Source: Callorhinchus milii (Eukaryota). From it: 64,000 nucleotides of DNA. The notes under the pieces are model-generated. The model was not told the DNA's origin. It made no database searches and saw only the letters and a program-made list of their open reading frames with translations. The stretch lies in the NCBI RefSeq assembly GCF_018977255.1, contig NW_024704743.1, positions 93,498,001-93,562,000 of the forward strand. Direction: 5' to 3'. The position numbers and the translations under genes are program-made. This document shows positions 1 to 12,940 of this stretch, piece by piece. Numbering within the stretch: position 1 is the first letter of the stretch; each line of letters starts with the position of its first letter.

Positions 1-2595
1 CTACGGAGCTCTCTGCCTCAATCCCTCTGCCTGGCCTCCTTGCTCTTCACCCTTCCCGCACCCCCTCCACCTTCCCCAATCCTGACTCCCAGCTCGGGTC
101 TAATACACTGACTGTCCAAAGCCTTGGGATATTCTCCCCATGTGAAAGTCGCTATACAAATGTAATGTTGTTGTTGTCTTCAGATCACACCTGAAGACCT
201 TCTTCTTTGACCGCACTTACTTTCATCTCCCCCTTTCGCCGGCTCGGCATCAATCTCTGGCTCTGTTAAGTGCTCCAAGATGCTACACCGCATGAAGGGG
301 CGCTATATAACAATAACAAGTTATTGTTATTGTTATGAATTGTATAAACAAAACCAGGAGGCTGCTGTTGATCACCTTCTGTCACCTGTGTACACATTGT
401 TAAATAGCATTCAGTAATAAATGGTAAAAATGTACAGGTGTGGAAAAAGAATAATTCATACAGCTTATGGCATCTCTAGCACTAAATTTTGAAATGCTGG
501 TTAAGGGTGCTGCACAACTGAGCCTGATCTTCTGACATAGGTATGCACACTCCTTCCCTTAGTGGTCACTCAATTGTCGCAGAAGTACAAACCCTAAATG
601 ATATTTCCTCTCTATTTGAACCAATTTGAATAACTATTGCAGCTTTAGTTGTGATGATCAGGGAGTTCAGCATAGACAGATCAAACCTGGGATCTTTATG
701 CAGTGTTTTGAGTCCATAAAATTAGATCCCATGTTAAAAATATATGTGTGCAAAACAATGACACTGGTCCCACTTCCAATCATCAAGTCACTGCTGATGA
801 CATTTCCAGGTTTTGTTGCAGACTGTCCAGCTTCTTGTGCAGAGATATACAGTGCCGGAAACCAGCCATGACTGCTCTAGTGTGAACATTTCTTGCGCAA
901 GAAATATTTGTGAGACTAGTCACAGCTGACTGGTACAGCATGGTAATCACAGGTCCATATTCTCGTAATCGAGCGAGGTGCCTAAGAACAGGGTGGCCCT
1001 GTATAACACTTACTCTAAATATTTATCCAGAGTGATTTGTGTAAACCAGAGATGCCTGAGTACAGAAGAACATTTATGTATTTCTAGTGTCTGATGAAAT
1101 TAATGGTTCAGGTGAACCTTTGTCAGGGCCTTTATCAAGAAGTCAGTGCAGTACTTTGAGAACAGATTTGTGTGCTCAGCAAGGCTGAACCAATCCACCT
1201 GAGGGTCCTTCACTAATAAGAGACATTGAAGCCTCAGAGATAACAGAGGCACTTTGTTCTCAAGAGCTTATAGTGCACAGCAAAATATCGTGTTACCAGC
1301 TGAATGTTTTTCACACACTGATTGTAAAATTTGTTTTTGTAGGCCAGAGGTCTCCAATCAATTGATCTCTGCTTGGTAGCGCTCTCGCGCATGGTCAAAA
1401 AGACAAGAGGAAGGTTATTTTGTCCAGTTGAAAATGAAACCAGATGCATGAAATACTTCACACATCTCGAATTGAAAATATCCTTCCTTTTGTTTTGTTG
1501 AATAAAAATACAGCGGTGACCCCGGTTGTAGGTAACACACTGTCAACTAATCAGTCAACATGCAGCTGTGTGAAGTCCAGTTTGGAACTGCATTTAAGAA
1601 CAATACTGACAATCCAAAGGAGACACAATACAATGCAATACAAAATTACATTTATATAGCGCCTTTCACGTCGAGAAGACATGCCAAGTCCCAATATTAC
1701 AGGTAGAGCCAGCCACCTCCTCATAGAGCCCTAGCAGCACATTTATCATACTTTCTGTTGACTGCTGATGAGACTTGAAAGGTGGCCAAAAGCATGGTCA
1801 AAGAAATTAGTTTTAAGATGTTTTAAAAGCAGAGAGGGGCAAGGCGGAGTGACTATAAGAAGTCTTCCAGAGAGTGGGGCAAATGGCTGAAGGCTTGCCC
1901 ACTAATGGTGGGACGTCCTCCCGATGTGAAAGGTGCTATCTAAATGCAATTTGTTGTTGTTTGTTGTTGGTGGGACACATTGTGCAGGGGACATGAAGCA
2001 GCCTGGAGATTGCCTAGTGGGGGAGTAGCTAGAGCAGGAGGGGTCGAATACGTAAGGTGGGGCGAAGCCTTGGAAATAAGATAGTGAGAATTCGATCTGG
2101 GGATTGAGAGCCAGTGAAGTCAAGTAAGGATGGGGGTGATAGGCTTGTAGAGCGTTATGTGGGAGAGGACACAGGCTGCAGAGCTCTGGAAGGTCTGGAG
2201 CTTGTGTAGGGAGGAGCTGGAAAATTCAACAAAAAGTAATAGAGTATTATTATACAGTATTAGTAGTAGTATATTATTACACAAAAGCAAAGCCTAGGGC
2301 TTGGTGAACATGTGTGTTTTGTCGTACTGTAAGGGAGCCAGATTGAGACTAGAAAAATCACATGAATTATCCAATAAATGACTGGTAAATTTGGGGTCTC
2401 ATTTTAAAAAATATATTTCCGTGGACCAGTAAACTTATCTTTTTATTCACAAAATAAAACTCGAGTATTTTTCCAGAGTTTATTTTTATTCTGAAAATCA
2501 AAAGGAAAAATTGAACACAAAATTTCATTTGTAACATCTGCTTAACGAGAATCCTAAACTCACCTACCTGCATGTTGGTTCTGATAGAGGCTTAC

Positions 2596-2664
2596 GTAGG
2601 TGTGTATCCCATTACCGGATCTGGCTTGCAGTGAGACAGGTTTCAGGATGCGCATAAATCATGG
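2596..2664 (-). other. Candidate small exon of the divergent transcript
   Basis: tttcattttggtag| ... |gtaagc. All three frames contain stops, so it would be non-coding or terminal. Confidence 0.25.
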
Positions 2665-2869
2665 CTACCAAAATGAAATAGCAAATTCAGACTTAAAATT
2701 CAGGTGAAAACTGATTTTACAGATTGACTTTAAGCAAGAAAAACAAATAAGTGAAAATCAGTCCCACAACAACAACTTACACTTAGAGTGCGTCTCAGAG
2801 TGCCTACATTCAAGCAGAGCTCCGTTCAAGTTCAGCAGAGTTCAAAAGAAACCTTGGTGGTCCTTAGGT

Positions 2870-2894
2870 NNNNNNNNNNNNNNNNNNNNNNNNN
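2870..2894. other. Assembly gap
   Basis: Run of 25 N. Confidence 1.
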
Positions 2895-3139
2895 ATTTCA
2901 TAACCGATTTCTTAAGAAATGTGTAATTGTTGAATTTCGAAAGCTCCAAATGTTTTACGAGATTTGATAGTTACGTATTTCCTATTAAGAAATCTGTTCA
3001 ATACCACAATTTAGAGCCCAATGTTCTGAAAGAGAAAGGTTTCTTGCCTATCTGTCTGTCAAGCTTTAGAACAAATTAATGAATGCACAAGTTTATCTAG
3101 CTTCTGGCATATCGTGCTAAGTTCTGTTCCCTGGCTTAC

Positions 3140-3407
3140 GCTGGGGGTTTGGTGATGGACAGCACTTGTGAACTCTGGCTCTTGCATCTTTTTGTGCTGC
3201 TTTGTCCCTTTGGAGGAGATTTCAATATGAACGATTGCCTCATATCACCTAACAGCATATTCAAAATCAATTCCCTACATGGGCTTTGTGCGATTGTCAT
3301 CTTCAGTCCTGACAGTTCCACCTTGCTGAACTGGCACTTCTTCTTCCTCTTCAGTAATGTGAGTTTCCTGTTCAACTGACTCTGATGGGGAAGTGGGTGT
3401 GAGTCAC
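3140..3407 (-). other. Candidate internal exon of the divergent minus-strand transcript
   Basis: Acceptor catttcccttcag| and donor |gtaagc flank 268 bp of unique sequence that is open in phase 1 (GDSHPLPHQSQLNRKLTLLKRKKK...SITKPPA). No protein family recognised. Confidence 0.4.
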
Positions 3408-3525
3408 CTGAAGGGAAATGTAGAGAAGATTTTACTTCATTTATATTATCGTTGTTATGTTGCGCTCTGAGACAATGCCCTGCATGAAGGGCGCTATATA
3501 AATGCAAATTGTTGTTGTTCTTGTA

Positions 3526-3906
3526 TAATATAATAATAACCCTTGCGTTTGATATAGTGCTTTATCACGTCTTTGGGTTATCTCAAAACACGTCACAGGA
3601 TATATTGTAAAGTGAATTAACTGTATATTTTGTGAGCAAAACGTGGCAGCCAATTACGCACAGCACAGTCCCACAAACAGTCGTGGATGGAATTGACCAA
3701 TTCATTATTATTTTTTTTGAAGGAGTTATTTATTACCCCTGGAAAAGCGATCCGCTAATCGACTAACAACTGGGTTTCTACTTACTGCTAGGTAAACAGA
3801 AGGCTGTGGAGTAAAGAAACTTGCCCAACATTTCATCCTACTGGGAATCAAACCCAGGTCTCTTGTTTGCGAGGCGACTGCTCTAACCACTGAGCTACAG
3901 GACTCC
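3526..3906 (-). mobile_element. tRNA-derived SINE (long form); others at 17778-18148 (-), 24272-24614 (+), 35104-35420 (-) and 46040-46370 (+)
   Basis: Same head plus an internal segment gcagtaagtaggaaccc...gttagtcgattggcggatcgcttttc. Confidence 0.88.
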
Positions 3907-5599
3907 ATATTTGATTATGCACAAACTGAGCACAAGGTATACAATAAAACATAAAAATATGAAACATCAAATATTATTATTAATTAACTGCATCCACTTA
4001 TAAAAATAATCATTGCATTTGTTAGAACACCTTTAAGATTGAATCAATGTGTTCTATTGGTAATTGCTGTAATTGCATTGTCGGTAATTCCATTGGTGTG
4101 CCTGGATATAGTTGTAATTTGCTAGCTCATGTTACCATATTAATACAAAAGACAATATAAATGTTTATTAAGTCTTGGTTCAGTGTACCATTCCACTGCT
4201 ACCAAATGCGTAATATAATTTTTGTACGTCAAGTGATTTATTTCTGGTTGTTAAAGTATTAAATGTTAAATAAATACAATTGAAACCTTATTTCCAACAA
4301 TTAACATCTTTCTGCCCAATACCTGAACAATAACATCAACAACAAAATTAAATTTATATAGCACCTGTCACGTAGGAAAGATGTCCCAACGTGCTCAACA
4401 GTTAAGGGTTTGCATGTGAGGTTGGAATCAAGAGGGGTGAAGGGTAGGGGAATGGGAGGGTGGCAGAAGGCATGGTCAAAGATGTAGGTCTTGAGATTGG
4501 CCTTGAAGGAAGTAAAGGAGGGAGTGAGGCAGATTGATTATGGGATGGAGTTCCAGAGGGTGGGGAAGAAAAGCTGAAGGCCTGATTACCAATGGTGTGG
4601 CAGGCAGAGCAGGACACATGAAGCAGACCAGTGCCCGCTGAGCATAGGAATGGACAGGTTGGTATGGTGTTAATAATTGGTTATAATGTGGCGATATATT
4701 ATAAAGCGTAGTGACTGCATATTTTGTTGGCAAGTGTAGCAGCCAATATGCACACAGAAATGTCCCGCAGACAGCCATGAAATGAATGATCAATTTGATG
4801 TGGCCCAATGTTGACCAGGGCACCGAGAGAAACTTACTTCTCTTTTTGAATAGTGCCATTGGATCTTTAGCACCCATCTAATCTCGGTTTTAACATATAA
4901 TAATAGATCTAGTAGGGCATTTAGGAGGACTTCCTTCATGAGGATGGTGATGAGAATGTGAAACTCACTGCTGGAAGCTGTGTTGAAGCATTGTATTTAA
5001 GGGAAATGATGCATAACTGAGGCAGAAGCAAATGGAGTAGAGGAGAGAAATATTGGAGGGGTGCTCTTGTAGAGTGTAAACACCGGCATGGACTAGTCGG
5101 GACCAAAAAACTTTCCGTGCTATATCACTCTCTATAACTCTATACGTAACTCTCTGGACAAGGCCTTTCATGCATTCGTTCCTGTCTTCAAGTTCAAGTT
5201 TTTGAACTCTGTCCTTTTCGACTTGCATTCCCAAGAGAACTTATTACTCAAGTATAATGTTATTTTGCTTTAGGCAGTGTACAAACATTGATCTTCCAGT
5301 TACCAATTTATTCCTGCCTCTTAAATTGAAGTACAATATTACTGAAAAATTAATTTGCGTGAAACCTACCTTATATACAAGTGCATGACATTTACAAAGA
5401 ATAAGACTGATGACTATCAAGTATACGTAAACAAAATTGATTCTCTTCACACAGATAATAGTGAGAACGTGGAACTCGCTGACAAAAGCTGTAATTGAAG
5501 CAAATAATATTAATATACTTAAGAGAAAACTTGATTCATATATGTGTAAAAAGGAAAAGGAAATAAATGAGGGGAATCGGCGTGGATTAGTGCACACTC

Positions 5600-6325
5600 C
5601 ACCTTACCAAGACAGTCCGGAACCTTGGGGTCTTGTTTGACCCTGCACTATCCTTTCTACCCCACATCTGTGCCATGACACGCATTGTCTTCCCCCACCT
5701 CTGCAACATCACCCGGCTCCCCCACTGTCTCACTCCACAGGCCGCCACAAACCTCATACATGCATTCATAACATCCAGGCTTGACTTTGCAAACTCCTCC
5801 CTCCATAGGCTACAGATAATCCAGAACTCTGCAGCCCATGTTCTCTCCCTCAACAGGCTCCGTGACGCTATCACCCCCAGCCTTGCCCGACTCCGCTGGC
5901 TTCCCATCACACAGAGGATACAGTTCAAGATCTTGGTCCTCACCTTCAAAGCCCTCCATGGCCTTACTCTCCTTTACCTCCTAACCCCCTACCAAACTGC
6001 CTGCTCCCTTTGCTCAGCGGGCTCCGGCCTACTTCACATACCTCGCCTTGCCTGCCCCACCATTGGTGGGTGGGCCTTCTGCCACTCTGCCCCCATCCTC
6101 TGGAACTCCATCCTGCAGTCCCTCTGCCTCGCCCCTCCAAGACCCATCTCAAGACCCTTCTCTTCGACTGTGTCTTTGATCACCTTTCTTGTTGTTGTTG
6201 TTCCTTCACTGCCCTCCACCCTCTCCGATCCCGACCCCCAGCTCGGGTCCAAAACTGACTGTCCAGCGCCTTGGAACATCCTCCCAACGTGAAAGGCACT
6301 AAACAAATGTAATTTTGTTGTTGTA
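5600..6325 (+). mobile_element. L2-clade LINE 3' fragment
   Basis: ORF2 C-terminal motifs [18 protein letters not shown] and WLPITQRIQFKILVLTFKALHG; (TTG)n tail. Confidence 0.9.
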
Positions 6326-6989
6326 ATTGGGTCAAATGGCCTGTTTCCATCCTATATCATTCCATGTAAGCATATGTATATATATATTTGCAGTATTTGG
6401 CACATAGTGTGTTGCTGAAGCAATTGACCCAATAGTGACTCTCCCTGCTTGAATCACATTGAAGTGTGGTGGTAGTGTGCTCATGAACTGCTTCCCAACA
6501 ACCACCAAGAAGCCAGCTTGCAATACTGCACTTTCCACTGAAAGACAGTGGTTAATCTTCAATGACAGATGCTCGTGTCTGTCCAATAACATTTAGAGAA
6601 AACTGACTTGATATGGGCTCCCATTGAACCTTCCAGTGCACTGATCACAGACTGAAACATATTTTGGTGTTTACGCTCTCCAGATTCCACACAACAAAAC
6701 CCAGCCTCTGAAAATAATAACAGAGATCAAATATGAGGTTAATTTCTTACTACAAAAAAAGGCAACTGGAGAGTCGTTGATTGCAGCACAGAGAGAGATA
6801 ACAGCATAATCAACACAGATTTTACATTCTCTCGTTCTCTTCTGGGACCATGGACACTGCTTCAGTTTACAATTACATCTACACTTTTTCCAAGGGCTTT
6901 ATTTATTTCAGATACATTAAGAATATAGTAAATTGGTCTGCTTTTGCCTAATAGCTCTCCTTCCCTTTGTGGATTTTCCTCTGATTCCC

Positions 6990-8440
6990 ACTGCAAGAAA
7001 ATGTTGGACTTCCTCGACTCCAAAATCGAGGAATCCGCTCAGCTTGCCACTGGCCTCCCAACTTCCACCGCCTCCCTACCCCCTGCCCCACACTCCGACA
7101 ACTACCCATCCCTGCTTACACATCTTTGAACCTGTCACCCCCTCCTCTGTCTTCACCTCCATGAAGCTCATCACCTGCTCCTTGGACCCCATCCCCACCC
7201 CTCTCCTTACATCCCAGCTCTGCCTCCTTGCCCCACTCTCGCCAACTTTATCAACCTCTCCCTGTCATCTGGCACTGTTCCATGGCACGGAAACTGCTCT
7301 GGTCATGATCACAAACGACATCCTGACCATGTGCAACCAGGGCTCCCTCTGCCTCCTCGTCCTCCTCGACCTCTCTGCCGCCTGTAACACTGTGGACCAC
7401 TCAATCCTCCTCCACCCCCTCTCTTCCCACCTCAACCTTCAAGGTTCTGTCCTTGACTGGTTCAGGTCCTACTTTTCACACCGCTTCCACTTCGTCGCAG
7501 CAAACGGCTTCTCCTTCAGCCCCCGCAACGTCTTGTGCGGTGTTCCTCAGGGCTCTGTCCTCGGTCCGTTCTTCTTCACCTTCTACATGCTCCTTTTTGG
7601 TGACATCATCCGCAGGCATAGGGTAAATTTCCACATGTATGCGGTTGACACCCAACTCTATCTCTCTGCCTCCACCCTCAACTCCAGGACTACTGGCATC
7701 CTGTCCGACATCAAGTCCTGGACGAGGGACAATTTTCTCCAACTCAACGTCAGCAAGACTGAGGCCCTCCTGATTGGCTCGTGCCTGCGCCTCCGTACCT
7801 CAGGCGCTTGCAGCATCAGCCTCCACGGCTGCACACTCAACCTCCCTAAGCCAGTCAGGAACCTGGGTGTCTTGTTTGACCCTGAACTGTCCTTTCTCCG
7901 CGCCATGACCAACATTGCCTACCACCACCTCCGCAACATTGCCAGCCTGACAACCCCTCAGGCTGCTGAAATCCTTATCCACGCATTCATCACCTCAAGG
8001 TTCGATTATGGAAACTCCCTACTCATCGGCCTTCCCAACTCTTCCCTTCACAAGCTGCAGATCATCCAAACTCTGCAGCTCGTGTACTCATGCACCAGGC
8101 TCCATGACCCCATCACTCACTCGACTCTACTGGCTTCCCATCCCTCAGAGGATCAAATTCAAGATCCTCACTTTCAAGGCCATCCATGGTCTTTCCCCCT
8201 CCTACCTCTCTGACCTGCTTCCTACCAACCTGCCTGCTCCCTCCATTCAGCAGGCTCCGATTTGCTCCATGTCTCCTGTCCGACCCGCCCTAACATCGGT
8301 GGCCGGGCTTTCAGCCTCTCTGCCCCCACACTCTGGAACTCCATCCCACAGTTCCTTCGCCTCACTTCCTCTCTTGCCTCCTTCAAGGCCGGTCTCAAGA
8401 CTCTTCTCTTCGATCGTGCCTTCGGGCTCCCTCCCACCTT
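6990..8440 (+). mobile_element. L2-clade LINE, degenerate reverse transcriptase fragment
   Basis: RT motifs LLVLLDLSAA.NTVDH, GVPQGSVLGP, FHMYAVDTQLY (YADD mutated) and NFLQLNVSKTE; frameshifted. Confidence 0.93.
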
Positions 8441-9380
8441 CAGTTTGCTGTTTACATGAAAAAGATGTACTCACTTTTACCAACTTGAACTGCCAAAATG
8501 CAGCTATTCTTCTTTTGTATCACAGTGCTCTTGTTTTACATTAGGCTGATACATGCAGGCCCACACGTCTTCACGCACTTGATAGTTGTTTAATCAGGCC
8601 GGCTGACTCTGATTTAGATAATACAGGACAATACCCCACAAGCTACAGCTGCACTAACAAGCTCACTTCTCTCTTAGCCAGTTTAGATCTTCATAATACA
8701 AAGCACAGCAAACTGACATTTTCTCATCACATTTTATCTAGAGTTATAACAGCTACCTGTAACATCTGTCGCGCTCAGATAGAGATTCTGCAACTCAGCT
8801 CAGTTTAATTAAGATTGTAGTTCTACAGGTCAGCTTGACACTGGCTATCATGCATAAGCATACCTAACTTGATTTAAACCATAATTAAACCACTTGTGAT
8901 CACGACTTTGCGATCTCAGCTGCAGTAGCAAGAGAATCCTTGGCTACATTTTCAGTCATTGAGTCCACTATTGTTAAGTGGTTTGGCACGTCCTATAGTC
9001 TCAAATTTTTTTGTTCAGCATCACTCTGATCACTGGCCAGTCACCTTCTGGGTCAAGAGGGCAGCCCTTGAACTTCTAGAGTGGGATGTTGATCCTGTGA
9101 CCAGGGTCAGGATGGAGCTGTTGATATGCCTTGGACTACAATGATCGTGCCAGGGTATTCTGCTATATGAGGAATATTGCTGACCATGAAGCATGGGACT
9201 AAATCTGTGCAGGGGCTGATACACATGATCGATTGCTGTGCAATTCTGCACTCCACTCCAATGTCATGTAATTGGCAAATCTCAGAACGGAAACAGATAT
9301 CACCACAGTTGCAGGGTTTTGCTTCACTTTTGAAGTTCTGTTTTTTATATGTTCCAATCATCCATTAAAGAGCAACAGAT

Positions 9381-10507
9381 GTAGATACCTTGTGTGTGTG
9401 GGGGAGGGGGGGGTTTGGGGGGTGTAGATACCTGTGTGTGGGGGTTGGTGTTGGGGGTGTAGATACCTGTGTGTGTGGGGTTGGTGTTGGGGGTGTAGAT
9501 ACCTGTGTGGGGGGGGGGGGGGTGTTGGGGGGTGTAGATACCTGTGTGTGGGGGTTGGTGTTGGGGGGTGTAGATACCTGTGTGTGTGTGGGGGGGTGTT
9601 GGGGGGTGTAGATACCTGTGTGTGTGGGGGGGGGGGTGTTGGGGGGTGTAGATACCTGTGTGTGTGGGGGTTGGTGTTGGGGGGTGTAGATACCTGTGTG
9701 TGGGGGTTGGTGTTGGGGGGTGTAGATACCTGTGTGTGTGTGTTTATGTGTGTGGGGGGGGTGTTGGGGGGTGTTGGGGGTGTAGATACCTGTGTGTGGG
9801 GGTTGGTGTTGGGGGTGTAGATACCTGTGTGTGTGGGGGGGGTGTTGGGGGTGTAGATACCTGTGTGTGTGTGTTTATGTGTGTGGGGGGGTGTTGGGGG
9901 GTGTAGATACCTGTGTGTGGGGGGTGTTGGGGGGTGTAGATACCTGTGTGTGTGTTTATGTGTGGGGGGGGGTTGGGGGGTGTTGGGGGTGTAGTTACCT
10001 GTGTGTGTGGGGGGGTGTTGGGGGGTGTAGATACCTGTGTGTTGTGGGGGGGGGGGGTGTTGGGGGGTGTAGTTACCTGTGTGTGTGTGTGGGGGGGGGG
10101 TGTTAGGGGGTGTTGGGGGGTGTAGATACCTGTGTGGGGGGTGTTGGGGGTGTAGTTACCTGTGTGTGTGGGGGGGGGGGGTTAGGGGGTGTTGGGGGTG
10201 TAGATACCTGTGTGTGTGTGTTTATGTGTGGGGGGGGGTGTTGGGGGTGTTGGGGGGTGTAGTTACCTGTGTGTGTGTGTTTATGTGTGGTGGGGGGGGT
10301 GTGGGGGGTGTTGGGGGTGTAGTTACCTGTGTGTGTGTGTGGGGGGGGGGGGGGGGGTGTTGGGGGTGTAGATACCTGTGTGGGGGGGGTGTTGGGGGGT
10401 GTAGATACCTGTGTGTGTGGGGGGGGGGGGGGTGTGTGTGTGGGGGGGTGTTGGGGGGTGTTGGGGGGTGTAGATACCTGTGTGGGGGGGGGTTGGGGGG
10501 CGGTGTA
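9381..10507 (+). repeat. G-rich minisatellite (about 26 variable units of GTAG[A/T]TACCT-(GT)n-Gn-TGTT-Gn)
   Basis: Directly visible tandem array with units of about 30-60 bp. It produces the spurious Gly/Val/Cys and Pro/Thr/His ORFs in the track. Confidence 0.97.
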
Positions 10508-10509
10508 AT

Positions 10510-11110
10510 ACCCACCTTTGCCGCCCTGTCCTTCTCTCACTGAACCGACCACAGGGGCCGCTGTTCCGCGGCAGCCTCACTCCGCCGCCGCCGCCACCGC
10601 CGTTGCCATCGAGACGGGCAGCGCGGGGATGGCGGGATGGCGGACGGGCGGCCGCGGGTCTGAGTGAGCAGAGAGTGAGTGAGTCGGAGAGGGCAGCGGT
10701 CGGGGCGGAGGCTTCACTGTGATGTGATGTGAGCGCTCTCCGGGGGGTGTCCCCGGAGCCGGTGATGAAGGCGGCGCTGTGCTGCGGGGGCTCAGCGGCG
10801 CCACCGGAGCGGCGGCTGATTGGCAGGAGTATCCACCAATGGGAGAGCCTCGGTCTTCGCCAGGGCCGCCAATCAGCATTCACGGAGGGCGGGGACGGGT
10901 GGCGCAGTCACTCTGATGGACGTGTGCGGCATCCAATAGCGGAGTCACCTGCACTGAGACCCGCTCGAGCAGGGGGCGGGGCTGCGTTGGCCTCATGTCA
11001 ATCAATCCTCCCTCCACAGCACGGCACCAGCACTCGTGGGCAGGTTGCGCGGGTTCACGCCCAATGGGGCGGGTTTGTGTTGCACTGCGTGGGAATTTGC
11101 TTTGGGCGAG
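10510..11110. promoter_or_regulatory. CpG-rich promoter with CCAAT (NF-Y) boxes and GC boxes, probably bidirectional
   Basis: High GC and CpG content. ATTGG at 10819; CCAAT at 10836, 10869, 10933 and 11061; GGGCGG boxes near 10887, 10974 and 11067. Confidence 0.75.
10516..10720 (-). other. Candidate first exon of a divergent minus-strand transcript (FBXO15 expected by synteny, not confirmed)
   Basis: GC-rich segment next to the CCAAT cluster, ending at donor AAAG|gtgggt (10516). ATG at 10609 is followed by an in-frame TGA at 10579-10577. The 5' boundary is approximate. Confidence 0.5.
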
Positions 11111-12940
11111 TCCCTGGTTTTAAAATTTTGATTCCCCAATTTGCAACTGCCCCTTTGGAGACGTTTTCGTGCAGAGTTTCCAAAGCTCTAATGTAAATTG
11201 ACCGCTCTGCTACTCCACAGTAGGCGACGCATAATATCGGGCTACTTTGGGGACTTGCATTCGGTTGACTTTGAGCTACAAACGTGTTTAGTTTATGGCC
11301 ACCCTGCTCACCAAGCACTTCACTCCAACTGCTTGGGCCTGACTCCGAATCCTAGAAGCAACCTAGCAAACTTTGGAATAATACTTTCACTGCTGCTATT
11401 CAACTGTAAAAATCTCAGCGCAAGCAACATGAACCTCTTCCAACTTCTATCCAACCCCCTCCCCTATCCCACCATCTGCAACTCAGCACAGGAGTTAATC
11501 AACACAGCATCAACAATAACCAGCAACAAACTTGCATTTATATAACGCCCTTCACATTGGATAGCACTTCTTGAAAAAAGAGTTTCTACCAGTCTACTGG
11601 CCAACAATCCCCCAGATAAAATTGGTCATTCACTTTATGACCGTTTGTAAATTGCTGACAGCTAAAAAATACAGCCATTGCATTTTCCAGTAGTTATTCA
11701 ATAAAATACAAATTACATTCATATAGTGCCTTTCACATCGGGGATATCTCGAATGACTGGCAAAGCTACCTGCCCTTCACCTCTCTATTCCAACCCGCAG
11801 CTTAGGTGCAAATCCTTGATTGCCCAGCAACTTGGGATGTCCTCCCAACGTAAAAGTCTCTATATAAATGCAATTGTATTTGTTGCTGTTCATCACTGTT
11901 GGAGAATCGTATTTTGTTGTTGAAGGAACTCATTAAAACATCCTGTTTTGACTTCATTCGTGACCCTCCCCAAAACATCTTGGCCTGAGTTCCACTTGTG
12001 TATAACCTATACATTTGTTAGTGGGTGTTGCTGTGTGGAAATTGGATGCAGCATTTGCCCATAAAATACACAGTCACTTCCCTTACAGTATATTCACTTT
12101 ACAGTATATCCTGTGAAGTACTTTGAGTCGTCTAGAAAACACGATAAAGTGCTGTATCAAATGCAAGGATTATTATTATTTATTGAAGCACTTTGAGACA
12201 TCTTCCCGACGTGAAAGACACTGTATAATAATCATCCTTGCAATTGGTATCATACCTTTCATGTCACCAAAATGGTGAAAACCCAAAATGTCTCACGGGA
12301 TTTACTGTGATGTGGAATGACTGTATATTCGTAGGCGAACACAACAGCCCACTTGTGCACAGCAACGCACCCCAAACAGCCATGAAACAAATCAGCAAAT
12401 ATTATTGTTGAATGATTGCTGACCAGGAGAAACCGCATATAACGATTCTAATATTAGTACACATAGTAACTAATGTGTACTAATATTAGAGAGATCCAAT
12501 ATAATTGGAGCGCGTGCGGTGCAAGTAGAAAGAGATGGGTGGAAACTGCAGCTTTCTTTCCCGAGTTCGCTCGAGCAACCGAAACAATAATAATAATAAT
12601 AATAATAATCCTTGCATTTGATACAGCGCTTTTCACGTCGGGAGGACGTCCCAAAGCGCTTCACAGAACACACATGTCAAGTGAATTGACTTCACAGTGA
12701 AAGCCAAGAGAGGAAGGAAACTCCATTTCCCATTGGGCCCCGAGTGCTTGAACTCCGACCAGAGCGAAGAGTGGCTGCGACCCCCCACAGCCACAGAGCT
12801 GTGAATGCAACATGTTGCAGCTAAAGACGGAATTTGCTTAAAGCAAAAAAAAAGAGAGGCCTCCCCCACGGCCAGCGGGTTCCTTGGCGTCTCCTCCTTT
12901 TTTTTTGGGTGGGGGGGGGATTGCAAACAGCCCAGAAAAC

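Noticed and set aside
6933..8544. 426-aa reverse-transcriptase ORF as a retron or domesticated RT
   Set aside because: It is an ordinary 5'-truncated L2 copy with a mutated catalytic motif (YAVD) and frameshifts.
9390..10552. Gly/Cys/Val-rich and Pro/Thr/His-rich ORFs resembling keratin-associated or extensin-like proteins, and a CRISPR-like repeat pattern
   Set aside because: They are translations of a simple G-rich minisatellite that is open in many frames. The variable parts are (GT)n and G-runs rather than unique spacers, and the context is vertebrate with no cas genes.
10577..10609. Selenoprotein reading of the in-frame TGA (E-U-G-C)
   Set aside because: No known selenoprotein family resemblance and no SECIS can be assessed here. 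A uORF or nonsense codon is simpler.
1..10720. Assignment of the minus-strand exons to FBXO15
   Set aside because: Only synteny and an initial MAT support it. No F-box or other conserved FBXO15 peptide was found in the window.
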